Shown here: positions 1-9,362 of the stretch, one piece after another | How positions within the stretch are numbered: position 1 is the stretch's first letter | Layout of the letters: each line of letters opens with the position of its first letter | Source: Minisyncoccota bacterium | GTDB taxonomy: Bacteria > Patescibacteriota > Minisyncoccia > Phycocordibacterales > PALSA-1337 | Reading direction: 5' to 3' | Assembly: GCA_036170235.1 (NCBI GenBank) | Contig: JAVHOW010000001.1 | Span: 1 to 59,646, forward strand | DNA length: 59,646 nt | Notes under the pieces: generated by a model | What the model was told of the DNA's origin: nothing | The model's input: the letters and a program-made list of their open reading frames with translations, nothing else | The model's database searches: none | Program-made: the position numbers and the translations under genes

Positions 1-2039
1 TTTTTCCATTGACGGTTGATTACGAGGAAAGATTTTACGCAACTGGAAAGATTTTGGGATCACGATTCGTGCGTCGAGAAGGGAGGCCTTCGACCGAAGC
101 GATTCTCTCTGGCCGCATCGTTGACCGAACTATTCGCCCACTATTCAACCAGAAAATCCGCAATGAAGTGCAGGTTATTTTAACCACACTTTCTATTGAC
201 CAAGATGATCCGGATGTAGTTTCAGTCATCGCCGCATCACTAGCTCTTGGCGTCTCCGATATTCCATGGAACGGACCAGCATCAGCAGTGCGCATCGGTA
301 AAGACGGTGCATGGTTAGTGAATCCTGACTTTGCGGCACGCGAAGAGGCTGGCATCGTGCTCGAAATGGTTGCTTGCGGCAAAGATGGGATGATCAACAT
401 GATCGAAGTCGGCAGTAAAGAAGTTGGTGAGGTTGTATTGAATGAAGCTTTAGCCAAAGCGTCAGAAGAAATCGAGAAAGTCCAAGCTTGGCAGAAGAAA
501 ATCATCACCGAAATTGGTAAAAAGAAAGCTGAAGTGGTATTACCTGAACCAACTCCAGGAACAAAAGAATTATTTGATAAAGAAATCGCTCCAAAGTTGA
601 AAAAATACGTGATGAGTAACAAGCCTGGACATGAAGGTATTAGTGAGATCAATACATTGTGGACAGAATTATTCACAGAGAAAATGGTGACTGGAAAAGT
701 TGGTACACCGGAAGAGGGTAACACCGCTATGGCGCAAGAAATATTCGAGGAAGCAGTCAATGATTTGCTTCATGACGAAGCTATCAAGAATGACAAGCGT
801 GCAGACGGTCGTGGCATGGATGAAATCCGTCCATTATTCGCACAGGCTGGTGGAGTTTCGCCAATTCTTCATGGAACTGGAATATTTTTCCGAGGTGGTA
901 CACATATTCTCTCGGCTCTGACACTCGGCAGTCCCGGTGATGCGCAAGTGATCGACGGTCTGATTGTTCAGGAAAAGAAACGCTTCATGCACCATTACAA
1001 TTTTCCACCATTTTCAACTGGCGAAACTGGTCGCGTTGGCAATACCAATCGCCGCATGATCGGTCACGGCGCTCTAGCAGAAAAAGCTTTGGTAGCTGTC
1101 ATTCCTGATAAAGATAAATTCCCATACACCATCCGTATCGTTTCAGAAGCTATGGCCTCAAATGGTTCCACATCTATGGGATCGGTTTGCGGATCGACAT
1201 TGGCTCTCATGGACGGCGGTGTTCCAATCAAAGCACCCGTCGCAGGTATTGCCAGTGGACTCATGATGAAATATGACATGCAAGGTAGACCTGCGGAATA
1301 TAAAGTCCTAACCGACATTCAAGGCCCAGAAGACCATCATGGTGATATGGACTTCAAGGTTGCTGGTACACGTGAAGGTATAACCGCAGTGCAAATGGAT
1401 GTTAAAGTTGGTGGAATTCCACTAAAAGTTTTGGCTGAAGCATTTGAAAAAGCCAAAGCCGCTCGTTTCAAGATTCTTGATGTTATAGAAAAAGAAATTC
1501 CTGCTCCACGTACCAAGATTTCACCGAATGCTCCAGAAATTCTGGTTATGAAAATCAAACCTGAACAGATCGGTCTAGTTATCGGCACTGGAGGTAAAAC
1601 AATCAACGAAATTCGTGACGTCACGCACGTTGATGACATAACTATCGAAGATGACGGTTCGATATTTATTACAGGGAAAAATGAAACCGCCACCAAAGCA
1701 AAAGAAATAATCTTCAACATGACTCGTGAATATATGCCAGGCGAGAAATATGATGGGGAAGTTGTGCGTATGATGGACTTCGGTGCTTTTGTGAAGATCG
1801 GACCGAATGCAGAAGGTTTGGTTCATGTATCTGAAATTGCCCCATTCCGTGTAGAGCGCGTCGAAACTTATCTCAAAGAAGGCGACAAGGTTCCAGTCAT
1901 AGTGAAAGAGGTTGACGATAAGGGCCGCCTCAATTTATCTATCAAGGGTGCAAATCCTGGCTTCTTCACAAAAAGGGAAGAAATACCAAAACCAATGGGA
2001 GATCGCGGACCAAGGAAGGATTTCAAGAAAAGGTACTAA
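1..2039 (+). CDS. pnp: Polynucleotide phosphorylase (PNPase); 5' end lies upstream of the window
   Basis: Frame open from nt 3 (FPL-TVDYEERFYATGKI.. matches the conserved first RNase PH core, about residue 60 of E. coli PNPase). Second RNase PH core (NFPPFSTGETG, GHGALAEKA), KH (GLVIGTGGKTINEI) and S1 (GEVVRMMDFGAFVKI) domains present. The TTG at 9 is only the first in-window start-like codon. Confidence 0.95.
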   Translation, partial: FPLTVDYEERFYATGKILGSRFVRREGRPSTEAILSGRIVDRTIRPLFNQKIRNEVQVILTTLSIDQDDPDVVSVIAASLALGVSDIPWNGPASAVRIGKDGAWLVNPDFAAREEAGIVLEMVACGKDGMINMIEVGSKEVGEVVLNEALAKASEEIEKVQAWQKKIITEIGKKKAEVVLPEPTPGTKELFDKEIAPKLKKYVMSNKPGHEGISEINTLWTELFTEKMVTGKVGTPEEGNTAMAQEIFEEAVNDLLHDEAIKNDKRADGRGMDEIRPLFAQAGGVSPILHGTGIFFRGGTHILSALTLGSPGDAQVIDGLIVQEKKRFMHHYNFPPFSTGETGRVGNTNRRMIGHGALAEKALVAVIPDKDKFPYTIRIVSEAMASNGSTSMGSVCGSTLALMDGGVPIKAPVAGIASGLMMKYDMQGRPAEYKVLTDIQGPEDHHGDMDFKVAGTREGITAVQMDVKVGGIPLKVLAEAFEKAKAARFKILDVIEKEIPAPRTKISPNAPEILVMKIKPEQIGLVIGTGGKTINEIRDVTHVDDITIEDDGSIFITGKNETATKAKEIIFNMTREYMPGEKYDGEVVRMMDFGAFVKIGPNAEGLVHVSEIAPFRVERVETYLKEGDKVPVIVKEVDDKGRLNLSIKGANPGFFTKREEIPKPMGDRGPRKDFKKRY

Positions 2040-2069
2040 TTAATCATATATATTGCATATTATTAGTCA

Positions 2070-2097
2070 AAATAAGCCATCCGTGGCTTATTTTGCT
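2070..2097 (+). terminator. Rho-independent terminator of pnp
   Basis: 10-bp stem AAATAAGCCA/TGGCTTATTT with TCCG loop, followed by a T-rich tract 30 nt after the pnp stop. Confidence 0.7.
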
Positions 2098-2150
2098 ATA
2101 CAAATACTTAACTTGATGGAGAACTTTTTAATTTACAGTTATAATAGGAG

Positions 2151-3770
2151 GTGATGAACGATGATGACATTATAATACAAAAAGTTCCTACTCAAGATAA
2201 CGTTGATGATATAAATGAAGATAATACAAACACAGAACGTGTATTTGATATTTCTGCTGACAATATTTCTCCTGTGACTGATGACTTACCTGTGTTCGAA
2301 CCGAAAAAACCAATACAAGTAGCAAAACAACCTGCACGCCCCTACATCCCTCCTGATACTGATTTATTAGACAAAAAGATCGGCACATTTGACATGACCC
2401 CTTTTGCTCCTGCAAAAAATGTGCCAAGCGGTTCATCTATACCGAAAACACCTATACCTCAACCATTTATACAAAGACCGCCAGTACAACCGCAACAACA
2501 ACCTATACAACCAACGCAACCGCGACAACCGACACCTCCTGCAAATCTTCCGATTGAACAGCCAACACTCCAGCAACCAGTAGTTCTTGTCCCAGCAAAA
2601 CCATCTTCAATACCTTTGCAAGATATACCAACCTCGTTCAATAAAATCCAAAAAATTCAAGGGAGGACATTGCAAGACGAAGTTATTTCAGCATTACCTC
2701 CAAACCTTCGCCCCAAAAAACCGGAATCACCACCTACGTCACAGCCAGACACGACACAACAAACAACGTTAAATCGACCGAATATTTCTAGTGTTCCTCA
2801 GAAGGTTCCACAAGCCCAACAAGACGGACATTTCATAACTGATACAGCAAAGCCGATCCGAACCTATGAAGGAGACGTGGCTGAAGTCATGTCACACAAA
2901 AGAACTTCTAGCGCCTCAATCGCTATTGCGGAAAGTAAAAAACAAGAAGGTGAAGAAAAATTGAGCAATGAGGAACCGAGTCATGCTGGTAGAAAAATGA
3001 CCATGGTCTTGATTAGCATCTTATTATTAGGAGGTGGAGCTATCGGAGCATATTACCTATACAGCATCAGTCCTCTGGCGCCAGTGACTCAAACTACACC
3101 GCAACAAAAATCTGCTCCGAGTATTATCCCTTCGGATACGCAAGCTGTCTTGGTTATTGATAGCCAAAACCCACTGGCCACAAAAGCACTTATCCAAAAT
3201 GAAATCCTCAAAACACAAGTACCAAATACTATAAAAGAAATCATTGCGACCACAAAAAACTCATCTGGCGCTCTTGTTCGAGTGTCTGGACCAGATATGA
3301 TAAATATTCTGGACATAAGCGCGCCAGATATTTTGGTTAGATCCATCAACTCAAATTGGATGCTTGGCGTATATGCTGATACTGAAAATAATAAGAATGT
3401 ATTCGTTGTTGTAACGAGCAATTTTTTCCAAAACACCTTCGCGGGTATGCTCCAGTGGGAAAATGTCATGGCTGACGACTTGAAACAATATTTGTATCCA
3501 GTTGAACCAGCGGGTATTTCCAATACATCAACACAAAAAGAAGAAGTCCCGTTACAAGTAACTCCGCCGCTTCGTCCTTATTTCACTTTACGAGGAAAAT
3601 TTGAAGACAAAATCGTAAAAAACAAAGATGTACGTGAATTTCGCACAGATACTGGCACAACATTATTCTTATACTCATTTATAGATAGCAATCATTTAGT
3701 CATTACGTCCAACGAGGCGACATTGACCGAAATACTTACCCGACTTGAAAAACAGTCTTTTATAAGATAA
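2151..3770 (+). CDS. Membrane-anchored Pro/Gln-rich protein, unknown function
   Basis: 539-codon ORF: acidic N-terminus, long P/Q low-complexity tract (PVQPQQQPIQPTQPRQPTPP), one TM helix (MTMVLISILLLGGGAIGAYYLY), about 230-aa C-terminal ectodomain. TATAAT at 2140-2145. True start probably ATG 2154. No family recognised. Confidence 0.7.
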   Translation: MMNDDDIIIQKVPTQDNVDDINEDNTNTERVFDISADNISPVTDDLPVFEPKKPIQVAKQPARPYIPPDTDLLDKKIGTFDMTPFAPAKNVPSGSSIPKTPIPQPFIQRPPVQPQQQPIQPTQPRQPTPPANLPIEQPTLQQPVVLVPAKPSSIPLQDIPTSFNKIQKIQGRTLQDEVISALPPNLRPKKPESPPTSQPDTTQQTTLNRPNISSVPQKVPQAQQDGHFITDTAKPIRTYEGDVAEVMSHKRTSSASIAIAESKKQEGEEKLSNEEPSHAGRKMTMVLISILLLGGGAIGAYYLYSISPLAPVTQTTPQQKSAPSIIPSDTQAVLVIDSQNPLATKALIQNEILKTQVPNTIKEIIATTKNSSGALVRVSGPDMINILDISAPDILVRSINSNWMLGVYADTENNKNVFVVVTSNFFQNTFAGMLQWENVMADDLKQYLYPVEPAGISNTSTQKEEVPLQVTPPLRPYFTLRGKFEDKIVKNKDVREFRTDTGTTLFLYSFIDSNHLVITSNEATLTEILTRLEKQSFIR

Positions 3771-3796
3771 AATGACGTTATTAGTAAATATACACT

Positions 3797-4159
3797 ATGA
3801 ATACAAAAAACCTCGAACAATTCAAAAAGAAATTGCTCGCCGAGAAGGTTGCGCTTGAAAGTGAACTTGGCGGTATTGGACAGCGCAATCCAGCGCATGT
3901 TGGTGGTTGGGAAGCGACATCTGGCGGTATTGAGGTAGATTCCGCTGATGAAAATGAAGTTGCCGACAAATTGGAGGAATTGGAGGAAAACACCGGTATT
4001 GTGAACCAACTAGACAAACAAATAAACGAAGTTACTGCCGCATTGGAACGCATCGAGAAAGGCACATACGGTATATGCGAAACATGTGGCAAAGAGATCG
4101 AAGAAGACCGCCTGTTAGCAAACCCATCTTCGCGTGTTTCAATCAAACATAGTCATTAA
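3797..4159 (+). CDS. DksA/TraR-family zinc-finger protein (single CxxC variant)
   Basis: Coiled-coil N-terminal part plus C-terminal GTYGICETCGKEIEEDRLLANP, typical of DksA/TraR C4 fingers. The second CxxC pair is absent (..SSRVSIKHSH-stop). Confidence 0.7.
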   Translation: MNTKNLEQFKKKLLAEKVALESELGGIGQRNPAHVGGWEATSGGIEVDSADENEVADKLEELEENTGIVNQLDKQINEVTAALERIEKGTYGICETCGKEIEEDRLLANPSSRVSIKHSH

Positions 4160-4168
4160 TAAGGAGGT

Positions 4169-4208
4169 AAGGAGGTGCAACCTACGTAGGTAGCACCTCC
4201 TTATTTTC
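4169..4208 (+). terminator. Rho-independent terminator
   Basis: Long hairpin AAGGAGGTGCAACCTAC/GTAGGTAGCACCTCCTT (one mismatch) followed by ATTTTC, 10 nt after the stop at 4159. Confidence 0.75.
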
Positions 4209-4258
4209 AAATCTTCATTACTTCTTTATCGTTTCTTCAGTGTTTCTTCATTCCGATT

Positions 4259-4267
4259 TGATACGAT
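4259..4267 (+). promoter_or_regulatory. Extended -10 element (TGATACGAT) 6 nt upstream of the ATG at 4274; leaderless-type promoter
   Basis: TGnTAnnnT match; -10 to ATG spacing equals the usual -10 to TSS distance. Confidence 0.5.
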
Positions 4268-4273
4268 ACTAGG

Positions 4274-5803
4274 ATGAGTATCGCAATATCATACGGCGCA
4301 CAACTGATTGGGCTAAAATCAGAAATAGTAACGATTGAGGTGGACATTTCCAACGGTCTGCACTCATTTTCTATAGTTGGTCTTGGTGATCGAGCAGTAG
4401 AAGAAGCTAGGGACCGCATATCTGCGGCCATAAAGAATAGTGGATATACCTCACCAAAGCAGAAAAATCAAAAAGTAATAATCTCATTGGCACCAGCGGA
4501 TGTGCGCAAAGAAGGACCGTCATTCGATCTTGCTATGGCACTTACGTATTTGGCGGCTGTTGGAGATATTGAGCTTGATCCAGACAGAAAGCTATTTCTT
4601 GGAGAATTGTCACTGGATGGAAGCCTCAGGAAAGTGAGCGGCCTTCTACCTATACTCTGTCAGGCTCCAAATCATGGTTTTACCTCGGCATTTATACCCA
4701 AAGAGAACGCACGTGAAGCGTCTTTGGCACAAAACATAACCATATACGCAGTTTCGTCACTCCGTGAAATTATTGGGCACCTTATGGGACGAGAACGACT
4801 CGCTCCGATATCTCCACGAGAAGTTCTGGCGGAAGCACTGGAAAAACAACGCCCCCAAATTCATGATATGAGTGTTGTACGCGGAAATGAAACAGCCAAA
4901 CGTGGGTTGGAAATTGCTGCCGCGGGTGCTCACAATCTCATTATGTGCGGACCTCCAGGTACTGGAAAGACCATGCTCGCTCATAGTTTTTCCTCAATAC
5001 TACCAGCACTTTCATATGAACATTCCGTTGAAGTTACAGGTATACATTCGGCGGCACGTACTTTGAAAGAGGACTTGCTTGTGTATCCGCCATTTCGTGC
5101 GCCACATCATACAGCTTCATATCCGGCAATCATTGGCGGAGGCAGTTTCCCCAAACCAGGAGAAGTCACCTTGGCGCACCGTGGCGTATTATTTCTAGAT
5201 GAATTTCCAGAATTCGACCACAGTGTCATCGAAGCTCTACGCCAACCACTCGAAGATCGGACTATTACTATTTCACGAGCTCGTGGAGTGGTTACATTTC
5301 CAGCGCAATGTATTTTAATAGCTTCGATGAACCCTTGCCCATGTGGACTTGGCAAAGACAAGGGATGCACGTGCCCTGAAAGAATTTTTAATGCCTATCG
5401 ACGACGTCTATCTGGACCAATCATTGATCGTATTGATGTGTGGGTGAATGTAACAAAGATTGATTATGAAAAACTTGCCACCCGAACTATTTCTTCTGAA
5501 AATTCCGAAACAATCCTAAAGCGCGTATCGGCGGCACGAAAAATACAACTGGAACGTTTCAAAGAAAAAGGCATCTCTATTTGTTATAACAGTGAAATGA
5601 GCGCGCAAGACATTGAAAAATGTATCGTGATGACCGAAGATGCTCGATTGATGTTGAAAATGTCAGCAGAAAAGCTCGAATTGTCTGGCAGGGCATTTCA
5701 TAGAATCATAAAAGTGGCGCAAACCATTGCCGATCTGGCTGGCCAGAACATTATAAAAAAAGAATTTATTTTAGAAGCTCTGCAATACCGTGAAAAAATA
5801 TAA
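4274..5803 (+). CDS. yifB: Mg-chelatase-like AAA+ ATPase, YifB/ComM family
   Basis: N-terminal Lon-protease-like domain (SIVGLGDRAVEEARDRI), Walker A GPPGTGKTM, Walker B VLFLDEFPEF, C-terminal ...GRAFHRIIKVAQTIADL characteristic of YifB/ComM. Confidence 0.9.
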   Translation: MSIAISYGAQLIGLKSEIVTIEVDISNGLHSFSIVGLGDRAVEEARDRISAAIKNSGYTSPKQKNQKVIISLAPADVRKEGPSFDLAMALTYLAAVGDIELDPDRKLFLGELSLDGSLRKVSGLLPILCQAPNHGFTSAFIPKENAREASLAQNITIYAVSSLREIIGHLMGRERLAPISPREVLAEALEKQRPQIHDMSVVRGNETAKRGLEIAAAGAHNLIMCGPPGTGKTMLAHSFSSILPALSYEHSVEVTGIHSAARTLKEDLLVYPPFRAPHHTASYPAIIGGGSFPKPGEVTLAHRGVLFLDEFPEFDHSVIEALRQPLEDRTITISRARGVVTFPAQCILIASMNPCPCGLGKDKGCTCPERIFNAYRRRLSGPIIDRIDVWVNVTKIDYEKLATRTISSENSETILKRVSAARKIQLERFKEKGISICYNSEMSAQDIEKCIVMTEDARLMLKMSAEKLELSGRAFHRIIKVAQTIADLAGQNIIKKEFILEALQYREKI

Positions 5804-5876
5804 AATCTCCTGACTTCTATCATTTAGTATGACACTCCCAAGCAATCCAACAGCAGTTTAACTTTTTAATTTGGTC

Positions 5877-6953
5877 CTAAAATGGGTTTTTTGCGCCACG
5901 AATCTCAAAATGTAAGTGGACTCCAGTCACGCCAGTTACTTTTCCAGAGTGACCCATAAGAGCAATATTTTGACCTTGATCTACATGTTGACCAACTGTT
6001 ACAAGATTTTTCGAGAGGTGACTATATACTGTTTGTGTACCATTATCATGAGAAATAATGATGAGATTTCCATACCCGCCATTCCAACCACCATTCGCAC
6101 TTGAAATAACAGTACCTGCGGCAGCGGCATAAATAGGTGCTCCGAGGTAGGATGCAAGATCGACACCGTTATAACCATGAAGACCTTGCGTCTTAATACC
6201 ACCGACAATAGGACGAATGTAATAGCCGGCGTAGCTAGGACCGTTAGTGTCGTGTGCGGGATTGGTGCTTTTTGCAACAGATTTGGTTTGTACTAGTGGC
6301 TGTTCTGCATCAGGAATAATAATCGGCTGACCAGCAACAAGAATAGAATCTAATGAAATATCATTGTACTGTAAGATTTCATCAACATCAGCCTTGTATT
6401 TGATGGCAATGCCTTTGATGGTGTCGCCTTTTTTAATCGTATAGTTGATACCGGTAATAGGAAGGATGATAAGAGTCTGTCCAGAGCGAAGCGCGGTAGT
6501 ACGACTAATATTATTTGCCCACATAACAGTATTAGTAGAAACGCCAAACATTTTAGCTATCCCAGAAATTGTATCACCGTCACGAACAATGTATGAACTA
6601 ATTTGCGTACTTGTGGTATCACTTGTAGCACCTTCCGAAAGAGTCGCATCGGCTACAAGAGCATTACCTACAATAGGAGACACTCCTGAAGCTTTTTCTG
6701 TACTGGGATCAAAACTAGCGGCGTACTGTAGTAATGCTAAGGTTTGTGAATTACCATGAGTCTGATTTTGAGTAACTTCTGCTGAAACCTGACTGCCACC
6801 AAAGATGGTATTTATGTATGAAACGAGACCGGCGTGGGCGGTCTCTGAAAATGTAAATATGACAGTTATGGATACGAAAAAAATGGTTGTCCATGTAACA
6901 ATACGTTTTGAAATAGAAGAATATTTTTTTGTGGGAGAGGTCGAAAATTGCAT
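5877..6953 (-). CDS. Secreted LysM-repeat / M23-family peptidoglycan metallopeptidase
   Basis: N-terminal TM/signal helix, two LysM repeats (YIVRDGDTISGIAKMFGVS.., YTIKKGDTIKGIAIKYKAD..) and M23 motifs (HGYNGVDL, GHSGKVTGVTGVHLHFEI). Confidence 0.9.
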   Translation of the reverse strand: MQFSTSPTKKYSSISKRIVTWTTIFFVSITVIFTFSETAHAGLVSYINTIFGGSQVSAEVTQNQTHGNSQTLALLQYAASFDPSTEKASGVSPIVGNALVADATLSEGATSDTTSTQISSYIVRDGDTISGIAKMFGVSTNTVMWANNISRTTALRSGQTLIILPITGINYTIKKGDTIKGIAIKYKADVDEILQYNDISLDSILVAGQPIIIPDAEQPLVQTKSVAKSTNPAHDTNGPSYAGYYIRPIVGGIKTQGLHGYNGVDLASYLGAPIYAAAAGTVISSANGGWNGGYGNLIIISHDNGTQTVYSHLSKNLVTVGQHVDQGQNIALMGHSGKVTGVTGVHLHFEIRGAKNPF

Positions 6954-7171
6954 AACGTATATCTCACTTCAGCAAGTCAATCGTGTGGGTATTTCTTCCG
7001 AACGGTGCCTTATATTTTAAAGCATAAATGGCTCTGTAAAGCCATATTAAGACACCTACCGATGAAGGTACTCATCCAGAGTAGCAGGTAAGAAAGTATT
7101 GTCAATGAAAGATATACACAGTCATAAAGATTGCTGTAATGTCAAGGAATGTTGGGTAATAATGAACTACA

Positions 7172-7340
7172 AGCCAAGCGCAGAGACACCTGTTTTGATG
7201 TGCCTGCGAAACTCACTTCGTGCATTTCAAATTCGATGCCTCGCAATTACAAGGGCTCGGCATCTCATAAGAAATGCTACTCGCTCAGACATTCTCGGCA
7301 ATCAAAACAGGTGTCTCTGCGCTTGGCTCCCAATTTTTTC
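7172..7340 (+). ncRNA. Candidate rod-shaped structured RNA (or MITE-like inverted-repeat element) closed by a perfect 28-bp helix
   Basis: 7172-7199 is the exact reverse complement of 7301-7328. The interior adds TGCC/GGCA (7201-7204/7297-7300), GCATTTC/GAAATGC (7222-7228/7271-7277) and GATGCC/GGCATC (7235-7240/7259-7264). -10-like TAATAAT at 7157-7163 sits 7-8 nt before the helix; T6 run at 7334-7339 follows it. No credible ORF. Confidence 0.35.
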
Positions 7341-7357
7341 TACATTTACCATTCTTC

Positions 7358-7366
7358 TGCTACACT
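7358..7366 (+). promoter_or_regulatory. Extended -10 (TGCTACACT) 6 nt upstream of the ATG at 7373
   Basis: TGnTAnnnT match. Supports the 7373 start of pcrA/uvrD rather than the ORF-track start at 7274. Confidence 0.5.
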
Positions 7367-7372
7367 AGCCAC

Positions 7373-9349
7373 ATGACAACCCTAAATGAAGCCCAACAGC
7401 GTGCGGTGAAGACTCTTGAGGGATCTGTTTTAATCATTGCTGGGGCTGGATCGGGAAAAACCAAGGTTATTGCACATCGGGTACTTAATCTCATAAAAAA
7501 TGGGGTAGCTCCATACAACATTTTGGCCATTACTTTCACAAACAAAGCGGCAAAAGAGATGCGTGAGCGAGTTGGGGCGCTAATCGCTGAAGATAAGAGT
7601 GTCAACTTACCTATTTCAATGCGGGAACGCCCTTTTGTTAGTACATTTCACGCACTTGGTGTGCATATCATTCGTGAGAATGCGGTTCTACTCGGATTAA
7701 CCAGACATTTCACAATTTTTGACCGATCTGATTCACGTCGAGCTGTTAAACAGGCGATGGGGGAATGCTCGGTTGACCCGAAACAATTTGATCCTGGTAC
7801 AGTTTTAAATATGATTTCGCGCGCAAAAGGGGATAATGTGAGCCGATTGGAATATTTCGATTCTGCAAAAGGTTATATGGAAGAAATAGTTGCTCAAGTT
7901 TGGGAAAAATACGAAACTATCATTGCAAAAGAAAAAGCTTTGGACTTTGATGATCTGCTTCAAAAGACGGCTCAACTACTGGCTAAAAATGAGCAGGTGC
8001 GAAAAAGATACCAGACTATTTGGAAGTATATTCACGTGGATGAATATCAGGACACCAATAAAGTTCAATACCACATCACGAAATTGTTGGCTGAATCGCA
8101 TAAAAATATCTGCGTGGTAGGTGATGCTGATCAAAATATTTATAGCTGGCGTGGAGCAACTATAGAAAATATCCTTAATTTTGAGAAAGATTACCCAGAC
8201 ACAACGGTGATTACTCTTGAAAAGAACTATCGCTCAACAAAAACTATTTTGGCGGCGGCAAATAGTGTTATTGAAAAAAATATAATGCGCAAAAAGAAAA
8301 CTCTGTATACTGACAATTCTGATGGAGAAAAAATTGGGCTGAATGCTTCATATACAGAACTTGATGAGGCACGAAATATTGCCGACACATCACGTGCTCT
8401 GATCGAAAAAGGGACGCCCGCGCGAAATATTGCAGTCTTATATCGAGCAAACTTTCAATCACGAGCTATCGAAGAAGCATTTATCAAGAAAAATATTCCG
8501 TATCAACTGGTTGGCGTGCGCTTTTTTGAAAGAAAAGAAGTGAAAGATGTGCTGTCATATATTCGCGCGGCACTGAATAGGGAATCGTGGGGGGATATTG
8601 GTCGTATTATTAACGTGCCGACACGCGGAATTGGTAAAGCAACGATTGCCAAAATAATGTCAGGCAAGCCGGAACTCCTGCCACCTGCTATGAAGGTAAA
8701 AATTAGTAGTTTTTGGAAATTACTTGATGATATCCGCGCGGAAATTCTAGAAAAGAAACCATCTGAAGCGGTAAAATTTGTAATTCAGGAAACTGGGATG
8801 GAGCGGGCACTCCGTGATGGTGATGCAGAAGATGAAGAGCGACTGCTTAACATCAGAGAATTGGTGACTGTGGCAGCGCAGTATGATGACCCATCAGAAC
8901 CTATCGTGGGTGAAGACCACATGTTTGCGGAGTCTGGAATTGCAATTGGCATCGAAAAGTTCCTAGAAAACGCCGCATTGGCAAGCGATCAAGATGATTT
9001 GGTCAAAGACCAAGATGCGGTGAAACTTATGACTGTTCATGCTTCAAAAGGCCTTGAGTTTGACCACGTTTTCATAACTGGCTTGGAACAAGACTTGTTC
9101 CCATTCAAACATATTGATGACGCTGGCATCAGTCCGGCGGAGCAAGAAGAGGAGCGCCGCCTGTTCTATGTGGCATTGACGCGCGCCCGAAACAAGGTAC
9201 ATTTGAGTCATACGATCATTCGCACGGTTTATGGAGCGCAGAGAGTGAATACGCCTTCGGAATTTATTGACGATATTGAGAAAGATTTGATTGAGGAACA
9301 GGTTCCGGAGAAACCGAGTGGTGTGAAAGCGTTGTTTATTGATTTCTGA
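7373..9349 (+). CDS. pcrA: ATP-dependent DNA helicase, UvrD/PcrA family
   Basis: LNEAQQRAV..AGAGSGKTKVI (motif I), FTNKAAKEM, HVDEYQDTN (motif II), VVGDADQNIYSWRGA, TVHASKGLEFDHVF, RLFYVALTRAR. Start moved to Met34 of the ORF-track product. Confidence 0.92.
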   Translation: MTTLNEAQQRAVKTLEGSVLIIAGAGSGKTKVIAHRVLNLIKNGVAPYNILAITFTNKAAKEMRERVGALIAEDKSVNLPISMRERPFVSTFHALGVHIIRENAVLLGLTRHFTIFDRSDSRRAVKQAMGECSVDPKQFDPGTVLNMISRAKGDNVSRLEYFDSAKGYMEEIVAQVWEKYETIIAKEKALDFDDLLQKTAQLLAKNEQVRKRYQTIWKYIHVDEYQDTNKVQYHITKLLAESHKNICVVGDADQNIYSWRGATIENILNFEKDYPDTTVITLEKNYRSTKTILAAANSVIEKNIMRKKKTLYTDNSDGEKIGLNASYTELDEARNIADTSRALIEKGTPARNIAVLYRANFQSRAIEEAFIKKNIPYQLVGVRFFERKEVKDVLSYIRAALNRESWGDIGRIINVPTRGIGKATIAKIMSGKPELLPPAMKVKISSFWKLLDDIRAEILEKKPSEAVKFVIQETGMERALRDGDAEDEERLLNIRELVTVAAQYDDPSEPIVGEDHMFAESGIAIGIEKFLENAALASDQDDLVKDQDAVKLMTVHASKGLEFDHVFITGLEQDLFPFKHIDDAGISPAEQEEERRLFYVALTRARNKVHLSHTIIRTVYGAQRVNTPSEFIDDIEKDLIEEQVPEKPSGVKALFIDF

Positions 9350-9362
9350 TAATTAAAGATGC

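Noticed and set aside
35-760. Long antisense or alternative-frame ORFs inside conserved genes. Examples: 35-760(-), 1337-1720(-), 3089-3523(-), 14614-15360(-), 40063-40530(-), 48922-49302(+), 53757-54086(+).
   Set aside because: Each lies wholly within a gene with strong family motifs on the other strand or frame. The products are low-complexity with no recognisable domain. They are typical shadow ORFs.
2146-2151. AGGAGG as a Shine-Dalgarno site for the 2151/2154 start.
   Set aside because: It overlaps the GTG and is only 2 nt from the ATG, which is too close to function as an SD. The adjacent TATAAT (2140-2145) suggests a near-leaderless transcript instead.
6954-7170. Possible c-di-AMP (ydaO-type) or other riboswitch in the 5' region of the LysM-M23 peptidase gene.
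   Set aside because: The minus-strand leader shows none of the conserved ydaO core sequences that I can recall, only small 4-6-bp hairpins. The evidence is insufficient.
7099-7376. ORFs 7099-7368 and 7149-7376 in the M23-pcrA intergenic region.
   Set aside because: They run straight through the 28-bp inverted repeat and the pcrA promoter. They have Cys/Arg-rich implausible products and no start context. The region is better explained as a structured RNA or inverted-repeat element.
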